64,000 bases of DNA from an uncultured cyanobacterium (lineage in GTDB: Bacteria; Cyanobacteriota; Cyanobacteriia; Phormidesmidales; Phormidesmidaceae). The DNA lies in assembly GCA_963793495.1 (NCBI GenBank), contig CAWCAI010000003.1:626124-690123 (forward strand), read 5' to 3'. Below are positions 49,525 through 59,158 of this stretch, piece after piece (within the stretch, counting starts at the first letter, position 1; each line of letters starts with the position of its first letter). A program made the translations under genes and the position numbers. The notes beneath the pieces are model-generated. The model searched no databases and was not told the origin of the DNA. It saw only the letters and a program-made list of their open reading frames with translations.

Positions 49525-50463
49525 ATGGTATATTCCCGACGCTACCGAAGACGTTCCCTGCTGCTAGCCTGCTGTGGTCTAATCTTGTCAGCATCTATCG
49601 GCTGGAGCTGTACCCCTAGCCCGGAGGAAGGAGCTGCGAGTTCAGAAAAGATTTTGACGGTCGGCGCGATTCCCGATCAGGATCCGGAAAAGCTACAGCG
49701 GCTGTACGGCATCTTGTCTGAATATCTAAGCAATGAGCTCGGTGTCCCGGTCGTTTATCAAGCTGTGACAGACTACACTGCAGCGGTTACTGCATTTAAG
49801 GTTGGAGACTTAGATCTAGTTTGGTTTGGGGGACTCACAGGCGTACAGGCCCGGCTTCAGGTGCCAGCGGCAGAGGCGATCGCCCAGAGAGACATTGACG
49901 CCGAATTTCACACCGTCTTCATTGCCAACGCCGCTAGCGGTCTCGGACCGATTACAGAGGCCGCAGAGCTGACTGAGCTAAAGGGCAAAACTATCGCCTT
50001 CGGTTCAGAATCTTCTACTTCTGGCCGTCTGATGCCTCAATACTTTCTGGCGGAATCGGGGGTGAAGCTATCTGACTTTAAGAGCGAACCGGGTTTTTCG
50101 GGCTCTCATGATGCCACCATCAAGCTAGTTGAAGCAGGAACCTACGATGTGGGCGCTCTCAACGAGCAGGTGTGGCTAGACCGTTTGGCCGCAGGTGAAG
50201 TCGATGAAAATAAGGTACAGGCAATCTGGCAAACGCCTGCTTACTACGACTATCACTGGGTCGTCAACAGTGAGAAAGTAGACGCAGAATTTGGCGAAGG
50301 GTTTACACAGAAAATTCAGGCGGCACTGCTGAAGTTGGATAAGAGCGATCCCGATCAGGCTGCGATTCTAGAGCTGTTTGGGGCAGACCAGTTTATTCAG
50401 ACGACGAACGAAAATTACGCTCAAATCGAAGCGGTCGGTCGTGAAATTGGCAAGATTAAGTAG
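49525..50463 (+). CDS. PhnD-family ABC substrate-binding protein ('putative selenate' subfamily); TTG 49507 is an alternative start
   Basis: AIPDQD, DLVWFGGLTGVQAR, FGSESSTSGRLMP, FSGSHDAT, YYDYHW. Confidence 0.85.
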   Translation: MVYSRRYRRRSLLLACCGLILSASIGWSCTPSPEEGAASSEKILTVGAIPDQDPEKLQRLYGILSEYLSNELGVPVVYQAVTDYTAAVTAFKVGDLDLVWFGGLTGVQARLQVPAAEAIAQRDIDAEFHTVFIANAASGLGPITEAAELTELKGKTIAFGSESSTSGRLMPQYFLAESGVKLSDFKSEPGFSGSHDATIKLVEAGTYDVGALNEQVWLDRLAAGEVDENKVQAIWQTPAYYDYHWVVNSEKVDAEFGEGFTQKIQAALLKLDKSDPDQAAILELFGADQFIQTTNENYAQIEAVGREIGKIK

Positions 50464-50466
50464 CGG

Positions 50467-51219
50467 ATGAATGATGTTGCGCTGCGATTGAAGTCGGTGA
50501 GCTGTCGGTTTGGATCAGTAGTCGCTTTGCAGTCGGTAAGCATAGCGATCGCACCTGGTGAGAAAGTTGCCCTCGTCGGACCTAGCGGCGCGGGCAAAAG
50601 CACTTTACTCAGCTTGTTCAATGGTTCTCTCAGTCCAGATCAGGGCTCAGTACACGTTCTTGGAAAAGCAATCAGTACGCTGCGAGGCGCTCAGCGCAGA
50701 GAGCTGCAAAGGCAGGTCGGAACGGTTTATCAACAGCACCAGCTAGTTGAAAACCTAGCTGTGATTCACAATGTCAATGCTGGACACTTAGGCCAGTGGC
50801 CGCTGTGGAGAGCGATCTGGTCTTTGATCTGGCCGCAGCAGGTGAGCACCGCTAAACGAGCGCTGGACCAGCTAGGAATTGCGGACAAACTCTATGCGCG
50901 GACCGAGCGGCTTTCGGGTGGGCAGCAGCAGCGGGTGGCATTAGCGCGGGTGTTGGTTCAAGATCCGGCGATTGTCATAGCCGATGAGCCAGTAGCCAGC
51001 GTAGATCCGGCGCGATCGCACGACATGATGACCCTCTTAGCTCAGCTAGGAAAAAACAGAACGCTGGTGGTGAGCCTGCATGATGTAGCGCTAGCGCAGA
51101 CTTATTGCGATCGCATCATCGGCCTCAGACAGGGGCATGTTGTATTCGATCTGCCGAGTGGCAAAGTCAGTTCCGAGCGGCTAGCAGCTCTGTATGCTCT
51201 AGAGAGCAGCGCGGCATAG
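50467..51219 (+). CDS. PhnC-like ABC ATP-binding protein
   Basis: GPSGAGKST, VIHNVNAG, LSGGQQQRV, ADEPVASVDP. Confidence 0.9.
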   Translation: MNDVALRLKSVSCRFGSVVALQSVSIAIAPGEKVALVGPSGAGKSTLLSLFNGSLSPDQGSVHVLGKAISTLRGAQRRELQRQVGTVYQQHQLVENLAVIHNVNAGHLGQWPLWRAIWSLIWPQQVSTAKRALDQLGIADKLYARTERLSGGQQQRVALARVLVQDPAIVIADEPVASVDPARSHDMMTLLAQLGKNRTLVVSLHDVALAQTYCDRIIGLRQGHVVFDLPSGKVSSERLAALYALESSAA

Positions 51220-51231
51220 AGCTACAGAAAC

Positions 51232-52956
51232 TTGAAAAACCTTTCGGCTGACGTTATTTCTGATCTTGCTGACGCGCAATCGCTTCAGGCAGCACTCAGC
51301 AGAGACAAAGGCAGTCGAAAAAAGTTCTTTGCACTATTTTTGTGGCTCGCGCTGACAGTCTGGGCGCTGTGGCTATCGGGCATACCCGAGCTGAACTGGG
51401 GCGGACGCGATTCGATCTATCAGTTTCTATCGGCTAGCTTTCGCCCTGCTCTAGAACCGACCTTTCTTTGGGTAATGGCAAAGGCAGCGCTGACAACCTT
51501 TGCCTTTGCAGTCTGTGGAACGACGCTGAGTCTGGTCATCGGACTGATCTTCGGGATTATCTGTTCGCAGGTTTGGTGGCAAATATTCTTACCTGGCGCT
51601 GCTGGGCGCGGGTTGTGGAGGTCGCTGCGAGGTGGACTGGCGATACCTAGGGCTATCCATGAGGTAATTTGGGGATTGCTGCTGCTGAACGTGCTGGGAT
51701 TAGATCCAATTGTGGGTGTGTGCGCGATCGCCATTCCCTTTGGAGCTATCACCGCTAAAGTCTTCTCTGAAATCCTGGATGAAACGCCCGTCGGACCGCT
51801 GAAAGCCTTAGTCAACAGCGGCGTCAATCCGGTGACAGCTTTCTTGTACGCTCATCTGTCGCAGGCTTTACCCAATCTAATTTCTTACGGATTTTATCGG
51901 TTTGAGTGCTCGCTACGAGCGGCGGCGGTACTCGGCATCATCGGTGCGGGCGGTCTAGGCGAGCAAATTTTTCTGAGCTGGCAGTCGTTGAAATATGCGG
52001 AGGTATGGACAGGCTTCTATGCGCTGATACTGCTGAATGGACTGGTCGATGCCTGGAGTGCAAAGCTGCGGCGACAGATGGGCTTTGTCAGTCGGATGGA
52101 TCTCAGTAGTCAGACAGATAAAGGCAGCCTTAGAGAGGTAGCTGACCAGAATCGGCTGTTTGTCTGGAGTTCCTGGGGTGCGATCGCGCTTTCCATTCCC
52201 CTATGTTTCACCTACCTCAACATCGGCTGGTCTCGTGTCAGCCGATCTTCCCCTTTCCTGATGGACTTAGCTAGCCAGGTCACGCCAGATCAGGTTATAC
52301 CAGCGCTTTCATCTTCTCTCCTACCGCTAGCGCTGCAAACCATGGCGATGTCCATTCTGGCAATCACCTTGGCCGGCATAGGTGGCGTTCTATTTTCTTT
52401 TCCGGCAGCTCAGAACTTTTTCTTACCAGGTGGCTTGCTACAGAGCATTGGGACTTCTAGTCGCTGGAGTTGGGGACACGGCGTTCTTTTTCTCGCACGG
52501 CTGATCCTGCTGGCGGCTAGAGCAATTCCGGCTCCAATACTGGCGCTGATCGTTATCTTTGGGATGTATCCAGGTATCTGGCCTGGTGCCTTGGCGCTGG
52601 CTGTCCATAATTTTGGAATTCTGGGTCGATTGATGGCGGAGGTGAATGAAAATTTGCCAGATGGACCGCTGCGGGCACTGCGATCGCTAGGGGCTTCGGG
52701 CAGCGGCGTTGTGCTCTACGGCATTTTACCCGCAAATCTCTCTCGGTTTTTGGCCTATATTCTCTACCGTTGGGAAGTCTGCCTGCGAGAAACCGTCATC
52801 GTTGGTCTAGTCGGCGTCGGTGGACTAGGTCGGCTGATGACAGAGCAGCTCAGCAGTTTCGACTATGGCAGCTTGGCTGCCACTCTGCTTGTTTTTATGG
52901 GTTTAACTATCATCATCGATACGATTAGTGGATGGATGAGAACGGCGGTTCGCTGA
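51232..52956 (+). CDS. PhnE/PtxC-like permease, two fused domains
   Basis: Duplicated RAIHE/RAIP and YRFEC.LR/YRWEVCLRE...G.VG.GGLG motifs. Confidence 0.88.
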   Translation: MKNLSADVISDLADAQSLQAALSRDKGSRKKFFALFLWLALTVWALWLSGIPELNWGGRDSIYQFLSASFRPALEPTFLWVMAKAALTTFAFAVCGTTLSLVIGLIFGIICSQVWWQIFLPGAAGRGLWRSLRGGLAIPRAIHEVIWGLLLLNVLGLDPIVGVCAIAIPFGAITAKVFSEILDETPVGPLKALVNSGVNPVTAFLYAHLSQALPNLISYGFYRFECSLRAAAVLGIIGAGGLGEQIFLSWQSLKYAEVWTGFYALILLNGLVDAWSAKLRRQMGFVSRMDLSSQTDKGSLREVADQNRLFVWSSWGAIALSIPLCFTYLNIGWSRVSRSSPFLMDLASQVTPDQVIPALSSSLLPLALQTMAMSILAITLAGIGGVLFSFPAAQNFFLPGGLLQSIGTSSRWSWGHGVLFLARLILLAARAIPAPILALIVIFGMYPGIWPGALALAVHNFGILGRLMAEVNENLPDGPLRALRSLGASGSGVVLYGILPANLSRFLAYILYRWEVCLRETVIVGLVGVGGLGRLMTEQLSSFDYGSLAATLLVFMGLTIIIDTISGWMRTAVR

Positions 52957-53037
52957 TATAGTGCTGGTTCAAGATTTTCACGGAATCAGGGTCCGCAGCG
53001 CGGATGCCTCTGATGATAGCTTTTGTGAGGGATTATT

Positions 53038-54636
53038 TTGGGTAAGCGATCGCTAGCTGGAATTGCCGGGATTGTGGCGGCGGCGACACTGCTGAGTAAG
53101 GTGTTTGGACTGCTAAGAGAGACTGCGATCGCAGCCGCCTTTGGCACAGGACCAGTCACCGACGCCTACAGCATTTCGTATGTCATTCCTGGGTTCTTGC
53201 TGATTTTGCTCGGTGGCATTAATGGCCCGTTTCATAGTGCAATCGTCAGCGTCGTTGCCAAGCGCAAGAGAGAAGAAATTGCGCCGCTGGTAGAAACGGT
53301 CACCACCTTGATTGCAATTGTGCTAGCAGTGGTGACCGTGGCACTGATTGTGTTTGCCGAGCCGATTATCGGCTTTATTGGACAGGGCTTTAGTGCGACG
53401 GAAGTGGGGCTAGAGAGCCGCGCGATCGCAATCACTCAGCTCCGCATCATGGCCCCAATTACGCTCTTCGCCGGATTTATCGGCATCGGCTTTGGCACCC
53501 TCAACGCTGCCGATCAGTACTGGCTCCCCTCTATTAGTCCGCTGCTCTCTAGTTCGGCAGTGATGGTCAGTCTCGGAGTTCTATGGCTAGTGCTAGGTGG
53601 CGACATCAGCGACCCAAGCAACTTGATGATTGGGGGAATAGTGCTGGCGACAGGCTCACTAATTGGTGCTGTCTTACAGTGGCTGATTCAAGTTCCGGCC
53701 CTGTGGAAGTCTGGATTAGGTCGCCCTCAGCCAGGATTTAGGTTCAAAGACCAGGGCGTTCGTGACGTGCTCAAAGTGCTAGCACCTGCGACGTTCTCTT
53801 CTGGCAGCTTGCAGATCAACGTCTACACAGACCTGTATTTTGCGGCTAGAGTCCCCGGCACCCTGTCATCTTTGAACTTTGCTAACCTACTGATCCAAGC
53901 TCCGCTGGGCATCATTTCCAATATCGTCCTAGTCCCTTTCTTACCAATTTTTTCTCGCCTGACCTCGCCTGACCAGTGGCCTGAGCTTAAACAGCGCATT
54001 CGCCAGAGTCTGATTTTGGTGGCGCTGACAATGCTGCCACTAAGCGCTCTGATTGTGACATTGGCGAAGCCGATTGTCAGCGTGGTTTATGAACGGGGTG
54101 CGTTTGATGAAGACGCGGTTGTTCTAGTAACGTCGATGCTGATTGCTTACGGTGCGGGCATGTTCGTCTATCTGGCTAGAGATGTGATGGTGCGGGTGTT
54201 CTATGCACTAGGCGATGGTCAGACGCCGTTCAATATCAGCCTTGCTAATATCATCACTAACGCAGTTTTGGACTATGTGTTTTTTAATCTGATCGGTCCG
54301 CCGGGACTGGTAGTGGCGACGATTGGGGTCAATGTGGTTTCACTGATTGCGATGACTGTGCTGCTAGGTCGAAAGATCGATGGACTGCCAGTGGCGGACT
54401 GGGCTCGGAGCATTGCGATTATCACTGGCGCAAGTTTTCTCAGTGGCGTTTCTTGCTGGCTGACGCGGGGCGGACTGGCCAGCATCGTCGGCTCGGAAGG
54501 CTTTCTGGCAAACTTGATTCAGATGTGCGTGGCTGGGGGGATTGGGCTGGTGACCTTTGCGCTGTTGACGATTGTGCTGAAAATTCCTGAAGCGGATTTA
54601 CTGGCACAGCGGATTCGGCAAAAGCTGGGTCGATAG
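53038..54636 (+). CDS. murJ: Lipid II flippase MurJ
   Basis: SKVFGLLRE, GGINGPFHSA, QINVYTDLYFA, ERGAF, RVFYALGD. Confidence 0.94.
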   Translation: MGKRSLAGIAGIVAAATLLSKVFGLLRETAIAAAFGTGPVTDAYSISYVIPGFLLILLGGINGPFHSAIVSVVAKRKREEIAPLVETVTTLIAIVLAVVTVALIVFAEPIIGFIGQGFSATEVGLESRAIAITQLRIMAPITLFAGFIGIGFGTLNAADQYWLPSISPLLSSSAVMVSLGVLWLVLGGDISDPSNLMIGGIVLATGSLIGAVLQWLIQVPALWKSGLGRPQPGFRFKDQGVRDVLKVLAPATFSSGSLQINVYTDLYFAARVPGTLSSLNFANLLIQAPLGIISNIVLVPFLPIFSRLTSPDQWPELKQRIRQSLILVALTMLPLSALIVTLAKPIVSVVYERGAFDEDAVVLVTSMLIAYGAGMFVYLARDVMVRVFYALGDGQTPFNISLANIITNAVLDYVFFNLIGPPGLVVATIGVNVVSLIAMTVLLGRKIDGLPVADWARSIAIITGASFLSGVSCWLTRGGLASIVGSEGFLANLIQMCVAGGIGLVTFALLTIVLKIPEADLLAQRIRQKLGR

Positions 54637-54672
54637 ATCCACTAAGCCTATCCAACCCAAAACAATTGCATT

Positions 54673-54957
54673 TTACTGGTGTGTTACCTCGCTCAGTGCG
54701 GCTTGAATGACTTCATCGTCAACGCCGCGACGTTTCAGACTATCGATCAACGCTAAAACCGTGTCATTGTCTATACGCTCAAGATCGGCGCGAAGACCTT
54801 GGCCAATATATGCACGGGCTAGCGGCTGGTAGCCCGAAAATCCAAGGGCAGGGGCTACTCGCTTTAAATCCTCTATGACATCTTCGGGCATCCGAATTGT
54901 CACTGTGGTCATCGGACGGGTGCGACTTAATCGTTTTTTCAAGGCTTCAGGCTTCAT
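54673..54957 (-). CDS. CopG/BrnA-like antitoxin
   Basis: VTIRMPEDVIEDLK...GYQPLARAYI; ATG 54957 overlaps the toxin stop. Confidence 0.75.
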   Translation of the reverse strand: MKPEALKKRLSRTRPMTTVTIRMPEDVIEDLKRVAPALGFSGYQPLARAYIGQGLRADLERIDNDTVLALIDSLKRRGVDDEVIQAALSEVTHQ

Positions 54958-55243
54958 ATGCTTCACGCTCCTTGCGAGTATCTTTGCGGGCGAAGATAAT
55001 CCGAATGCTGTCGTTTTCACGCTCGATGTAGACAACGGATAGCAAGCTCCAGCGCTTGTCCAATCCGATTACGGCATCTCTGGCTTCATCATTACGACTC
55101 GCGTCTACAACCACCAGCAAGGGATCGAAAAAGGCTTCCGCTGCTTGCTGGAAAGTCACTCCATCGTGCTTGATTGGGTTGAGCTGCGCCTTTGCCTCAT
55201 TCCAAACGAAGGTAATCCCGTTTAGTGAGAAATACACATCCAT
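54947..55243 (-). CDS. BrnT family toxin
   Basis: FVWNEAKAQLN..KH.GVTF..A..AF.DP...IRIIFARK...ER. Confidence 0.85.
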   Translation of the reverse strand: MDVYFSLNGITFVWNEAKAQLNPIKHDGVTFQQAAEAFFDPLLVVVDASRNDEARDAVIGLDKRWSLLSVVYIERENDSIRIIFARKDTRKEREAYEA

Positions 55244-55317
55244 CGTTTTAGTGTAGAGACAACGTATTTACATCGTCAATACGTTACGCTGCTTTCCTAA
55301 ACCGCATGTTAGTTGCT

Positions 55318-57387
55318 TTAGCTTTTTTCCCGCTGCCAGATGGAGATCACTTCGTCGGTGCTAGCGGTAATTAACGTTTGGCCGTCTGGGGAGAATGCGA
55401 TCGCCTCTATCCCCCAGTCATGAGCTAGCTTCGCAACGCACTCGCCTGTTTCCATATCCCAAAGGGTCAAGTTGCGATCTTCGCTGCCTACGGCAAGATA
55501 GCCGTTTTGACTAAGTGCGATCGCGCTAATCAAATACTTAGAGCGATAGAGCGTGACCGGCGCAGCGGTTTCTAACTGCCTGTCAAGGCTGTACAAGAGC
55601 ACTTCACTGGGGGTCGCCACAATCAGTCGATACCCGGCTTCAGCAGAAGTCTGGTCAGAAAGTTGGTTGGCAGTTGAACTGTAAGGCTGTAAAGCAAGGG
55701 CGATCGCATCCACTGGTTTTCCATCTTGCGGCTGCGCTATAGACAAGCTCCTAGCCAGTTGAAATCGCCATTTTCCTCTTGCTTTCTGGCGTTTCCACAG
55801 CTTCACTGTGCCATCGTCGCTGGCACTCACCAGCAGATTACCGCTTGGGGAGATCACCACCGCGCTCACTCGCTTCTGATGCTGAGTTAGCCGCTCAGAC
55901 GGTAGCAGCGTCTCAATGTCCCAAACCACGATCTGACCATCGCTATTAGGACTAATTAGCTGAGTTCCGTCAGGCGTCACTAGCAAACCCGTCGATGTCC
56001 AGCCCGAGGTCGACATCGTATTAAGCAGACAGCGCTGCATACTGTCCCATTCCTTCATCGTGCCATCTTCGCTAGCACTGTAGAGCGCTCGGCCATCTGG
56101 GTGGAACGCCAACGCAGTCACCGCTGCCGCATGTCCTGTGCCCACCAACAGCCGACGAGCAAAAGAATGCACCAGCTGTCCGGTAGACATTTGCCAGAGC
56201 CGTACAGCACTATCCACGCCACCACTAGCAAAGGTTTGACCCGACGAGTTAGTAGCAAGCGACTTTACCAGCCCAATGTCTGGCGCGAGCCGATGCTGCC
56301 GCCGCCAACCCTGAGGACGAGTCACCATAGCCGGTAGAGAGGTCTCAGAAAAGGCTTCTAAAAACCGCTTTTGGCCCGCAGACCACAAGCGATTAAGAGC
56401 AGTGCTACCTTCTGCGCTCAGGATATTTTTGAGGGCTGGAACGGACTCCTTGGCGCGGGTAATAATTTCCTGAGAGCCTTTAACCAGCAGATTCTGAGAG
56501 AACTGCAAGTCGAGGGTGACCTGTTCCATGCTGCTGTAGCGCTGCTGTAAAGATCGCTCCACCATTTGATCTAGCACCTGCGCAAATCGACCTTCTACCG
56601 GCGTCGATAGATAGTCTTGCCACACCCACCGATCTTCAACGGCAGAGTACAGCTCAAAAGGATGCAGTCCCGTTAATAAGTACAGGCAGGTCAATCCCAA
56701 GCTATATACGTCGCTAGCAAAGGTTGCTTGTCCCATTGACTGTTCTGGAGCGGCGTAGCCAGCGCTGCCAATCACGGTTTTAGCCTCGCTGTGACGAACA
56801 GATTTAGCTGCACCAAAATCGACTAGCATTGGCGACACTATCTTGTCTTGATCGCTACGGCTGACAATATTGGCGGGCTTGATATCGCGATGAATGATTT
56901 GAAAGCTGTGAACGTATTGCAGCACGTTGAGTAGCGATTTGAGCAGCGATCGCACCTGATCTTCCGCCCACGGTCCGGCAGCATCTACCTGCTCTTGTAA
57001 GGTCTGACCCGGCGCATATTCCTGCACCAAAAAATGACCCTGTTTGGACGCGATCGCCTCTAGTAGTCGCGGAATCTGAGGATGTTCGCCGAGCTTGCGT
57101 AACTGCTCAGCCTCAGCTCTGAAGCTAGAAGTATAGTTATCAGGCTGTAGTCCAGGCAGGCGTCGATAACTCTGCTTAACCACGCACAAAGTGGCTTTGC
57201 CCTGGCCTGCTTGCGCATCACCGGTTGAGGTCGTAGCCAAAAAAGTCCGACCGAATCCACCTTGACCCAGCAGTGCCGTCAGCCGGTAGCGATTGCCCAC
57301 CGCCAGCAGACTTCCACAAGCCTGACAAAAGTTGGCAGCGGCAGGATTTTGGGGATCAAGGCAAACAGGATTGGGACAATAAACCAT
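55318..57387 (-). CDS. Ser/Thr protein kinase with N-terminal Cys motif and WD40 repeats
   Basis: CPNPVC..NFCQACG, LGQGGFG, HRDIKPANI, DFG, GYAAPEQ; WD40 repeats. Confidence 0.92.
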   Translation of the reverse strand: MVYCPNPVCLDPQNPAAANFCQACGSLLAVGNRYRLTALLGQGGFGRTFLATTSTGDAQAGQGKATLCVVKQSYRRLPGLQPDNYTSSFRAEAEQLRKLGEHPQIPRLLEAIASKQGHFLVQEYAPGQTLQEQVDAAGPWAEDQVRSLLKSLLNVLQYVHSFQIIHRDIKPANIVSRSDQDKIVSPMLVDFGAAKSVRHSEAKTVIGSAGYAAPEQSMGQATFASDVYSLGLTCLYLLTGLHPFELYSAVEDRWVWQDYLSTPVEGRFAQVLDQMVERSLQQRYSSMEQVTLDLQFSQNLLVKGSQEIITRAKESVPALKNILSAEGSTALNRLWSAGQKRFLEAFSETSLPAMVTRPQGWRRQHRLAPDIGLVKSLATNSSGQTFASGGVDSAVRLWQMSTGQLVHSFARRLLVGTGHAAAVTALAFHPDGRALYSASEDGTMKEWDSMQRCLLNTMSTSGWTSTGLLVTPDGTQLISPNSDGQIVVWDIETLLPSERLTQHQKRVSAVVISPSGNLLVSASDDGTVKLWKRQKARGKWRFQLARSLSIAQPQDGKPVDAIALALQPYSSTANQLSDQTSAEAGYRLIVATPSEVLLYSLDRQLETAAPVTLYRSKYLISAIALSQNGYLAVGSEDRNLTLWDMETGECVAKLAHDWGIEAIAFSPDGQTLITASTDEVISIWQREKS

Positions 57388-57429
57388 AGCCCTACCAGCA
57401 TCCCATGTATCTTCGTGGGCGTTGCTCTC

Positions 57430-57464
57430 TATCCTGTCCGTAATTCTATATCCTGTCCGTAATT
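57430..57464. repeat. 16-nt direct repeat with 19-nt period
   Basis: TATCCTGTCCGTAATT at 57430 and 57449. Confidence 0.85.
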
Positions 57465-57744
57465 AGGTTGGAATTGTTTCACCGGGCCGCAGCCTAGCCC
57501 ATTTTCCCATGTCTTTGGCAAAGCTGTCACAGCCAACAACGTCGTACTCAAAGCCAAACTCATTGTCTTGGATGAATTGCTCATCCTTTACTTCCACCTT
57601 TGGCAGCGTAATATTAGCGTTTATCGTCGGATTGTTCGGCTCAAAGCTGGGGCGATCGCTCAGATGAGGCTGCTGGTGATTGGTTTCCACCGCATGGTAG
57701 GTAATGCAGCTATCAACGTACTGACAGTTAACGCAAATACACAT
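57463..57744 (-). CDS. ycf34: Ycf34 family protein
   Basis: MCICVNC.YVD.C.TYHAVE..HQQ...YDVVGCDSF. Confidence 0.9.
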   Translation of the reverse strand: MCICVNCQYVDSCITYHAVETNHQQPHLSDRPSFEPNNPTINANITLPKVEVKDEQFIQDNEFGFEYDVVGCDSFAKDMGKWARLRPGETIPT

Positions 57745-57871
57745 AGGCCTAACCCTTTGATCGCTTTGTTTTACTGTAGCGTAAGATTTTTAGAGGTGAC
57801 CGATAGAGATCTTTTGACGATGCGACTAAACCTACCCAACTAATCACCTCTCTGCATAGTTGTACTTTTGA

Positions 57872-59158
57872 ATGTCTCCTTTTCTTCCTAGTAGCTGGCC
57901 TTTTTCAATCGAAAAGCTGCCGCAAACAGCTTATCTCGTCGGCGGTAGCGTGCGCGATCAGCTACTACAGAGGCGCTCTAGCCATCTCGATTTAGATTTC
58001 GTACTACCGGATTGCGCTGTTGAAACGGCGTCGGAGATTGCCGCCGATTACAACGCAGGATTTGTTGTGCTAGATAAAGCAAGACAGATTGCACGTGTAG
58101 TCTTCGAGCAGGTAACGGTTGACTTTGCGCAGCAGCAGGGCGATCGTATCGAAGACGACTTGCAACGACGCGATTTTACTGTCAACGCGATTGCCTTCCA
58201 TCCCCACAGCCAAACCCTGATCGATCCACTCCGGGGTCAGGCCGATCTTCACGCCAAAATCATCCGCATGATCAGCTACCAGAACCTAGCTAGCGATCCG
58301 CTGCGGCTGATGAGAGCCTACCGTCAGGCAGCGCAGTTAGACTTCACCTTAGAAGGTAAGACTCAAGCTGCCATCAGAGAACTCGCACCTAAGCTTCAGA
58401 AGATATCGGTGGAGCGGATTCGTAGCGAGCTAGATGCTTTGCTGAGTAGCGCTGCTGGCAGCGCCCAGCTTGATTCTATTGAGCAAAACCAGCTATTGGC
58501 GTTTTGTCTGCCTCGATTCAACCGCGAAAGTGTTGAGCAGATTCGGGCTGTTGACGATGCGATCGCCCAGCTCCAATCCACCTATCCAACCTATGCTCAA
58601 GCCCTGCGCGGATGGACTAAACCGGTCCCCTCGAACTGCCACCGCAGCTGGATCAAAGCCACTAAACTCAGCTATCTACTCAGCTCAAACGTTACCGCTG
58701 CCGCCCAAGAACTCACCCAGCTCAAGTACAGCCGATCCGAGGTGCAAGTTGTCCTTAAGTTAATCAAGACGCAGCCTGCCATCGACAAAATGCGTAGCAG
58801 CTCGCCGGACCGGGCGCAGCAATTTTTTCTGTTTAAGGCAGCGGGTAGCGCTTTTCTGACAATTGCGTTGCTCGCTTTAGCCGAAGGCGTAGAGATGTCG
58901 GTATTAGAACCGATGATCGAGCGTTTTCTAGATCCAGAGGATGCGATCGCCCACGCCGAGCCCTTACTCAGCGGCACGCTCTTGATGCAGGTGCTAGACA
59001 TCGCACCTGGGCCGGAAATCGGCCAGCTATTAGCCGCTGTCGAGCAGGCTCAAGCAGAAGGCAAAGTCAAGACCCAGGCGGATGCGATCGCCTGGGTCGA
59101 AAAACAGTATTCCAAAGACAATTCCAAGCAGAACAATCCCTACATCGCTGAGCGATGA
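57872..59158 (+). CDS. Class II tRNA nucleotidyltransferase, probably CC-adding
   Basis: LVGGSVRD, DLDF, RRDFTVNA, DPLRLMRAYR, ERIRSEL; short loop before motif B. Confidence 0.88.
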   Translation: MSPFLPSSWPFSIEKLPQTAYLVGGSVRDQLLQRRSSHLDLDFVLPDCAVETASEIAADYNAGFVVLDKARQIARVVFEQVTVDFAQQQGDRIEDDLQRRDFTVNAIAFHPHSQTLIDPLRGQADLHAKIIRMISYQNLASDPLRLMRAYRQAAQLDFTLEGKTQAAIRELAPKLQKISVERIRSELDALLSSAAGSAQLDSIEQNQLLAFCLPRFNRESVEQIRAVDDAIAQLQSTYPTYAQALRGWTKPVPSNCHRSWIKATKLSYLLSSNVTAAAQELTQLKYSRSEVQVVLKLIKTQPAIDKMRSSSPDRAQQFFLFKAAGSAFLTIALLALAEGVEMSVLEPMIERFLDPEDAIAHAEPLLSGTLLMQVLDIAPGPEIGQLLAAVEQAQAEGKVKTQADAIAWVEKQYSKDNSKQNNPYIAER

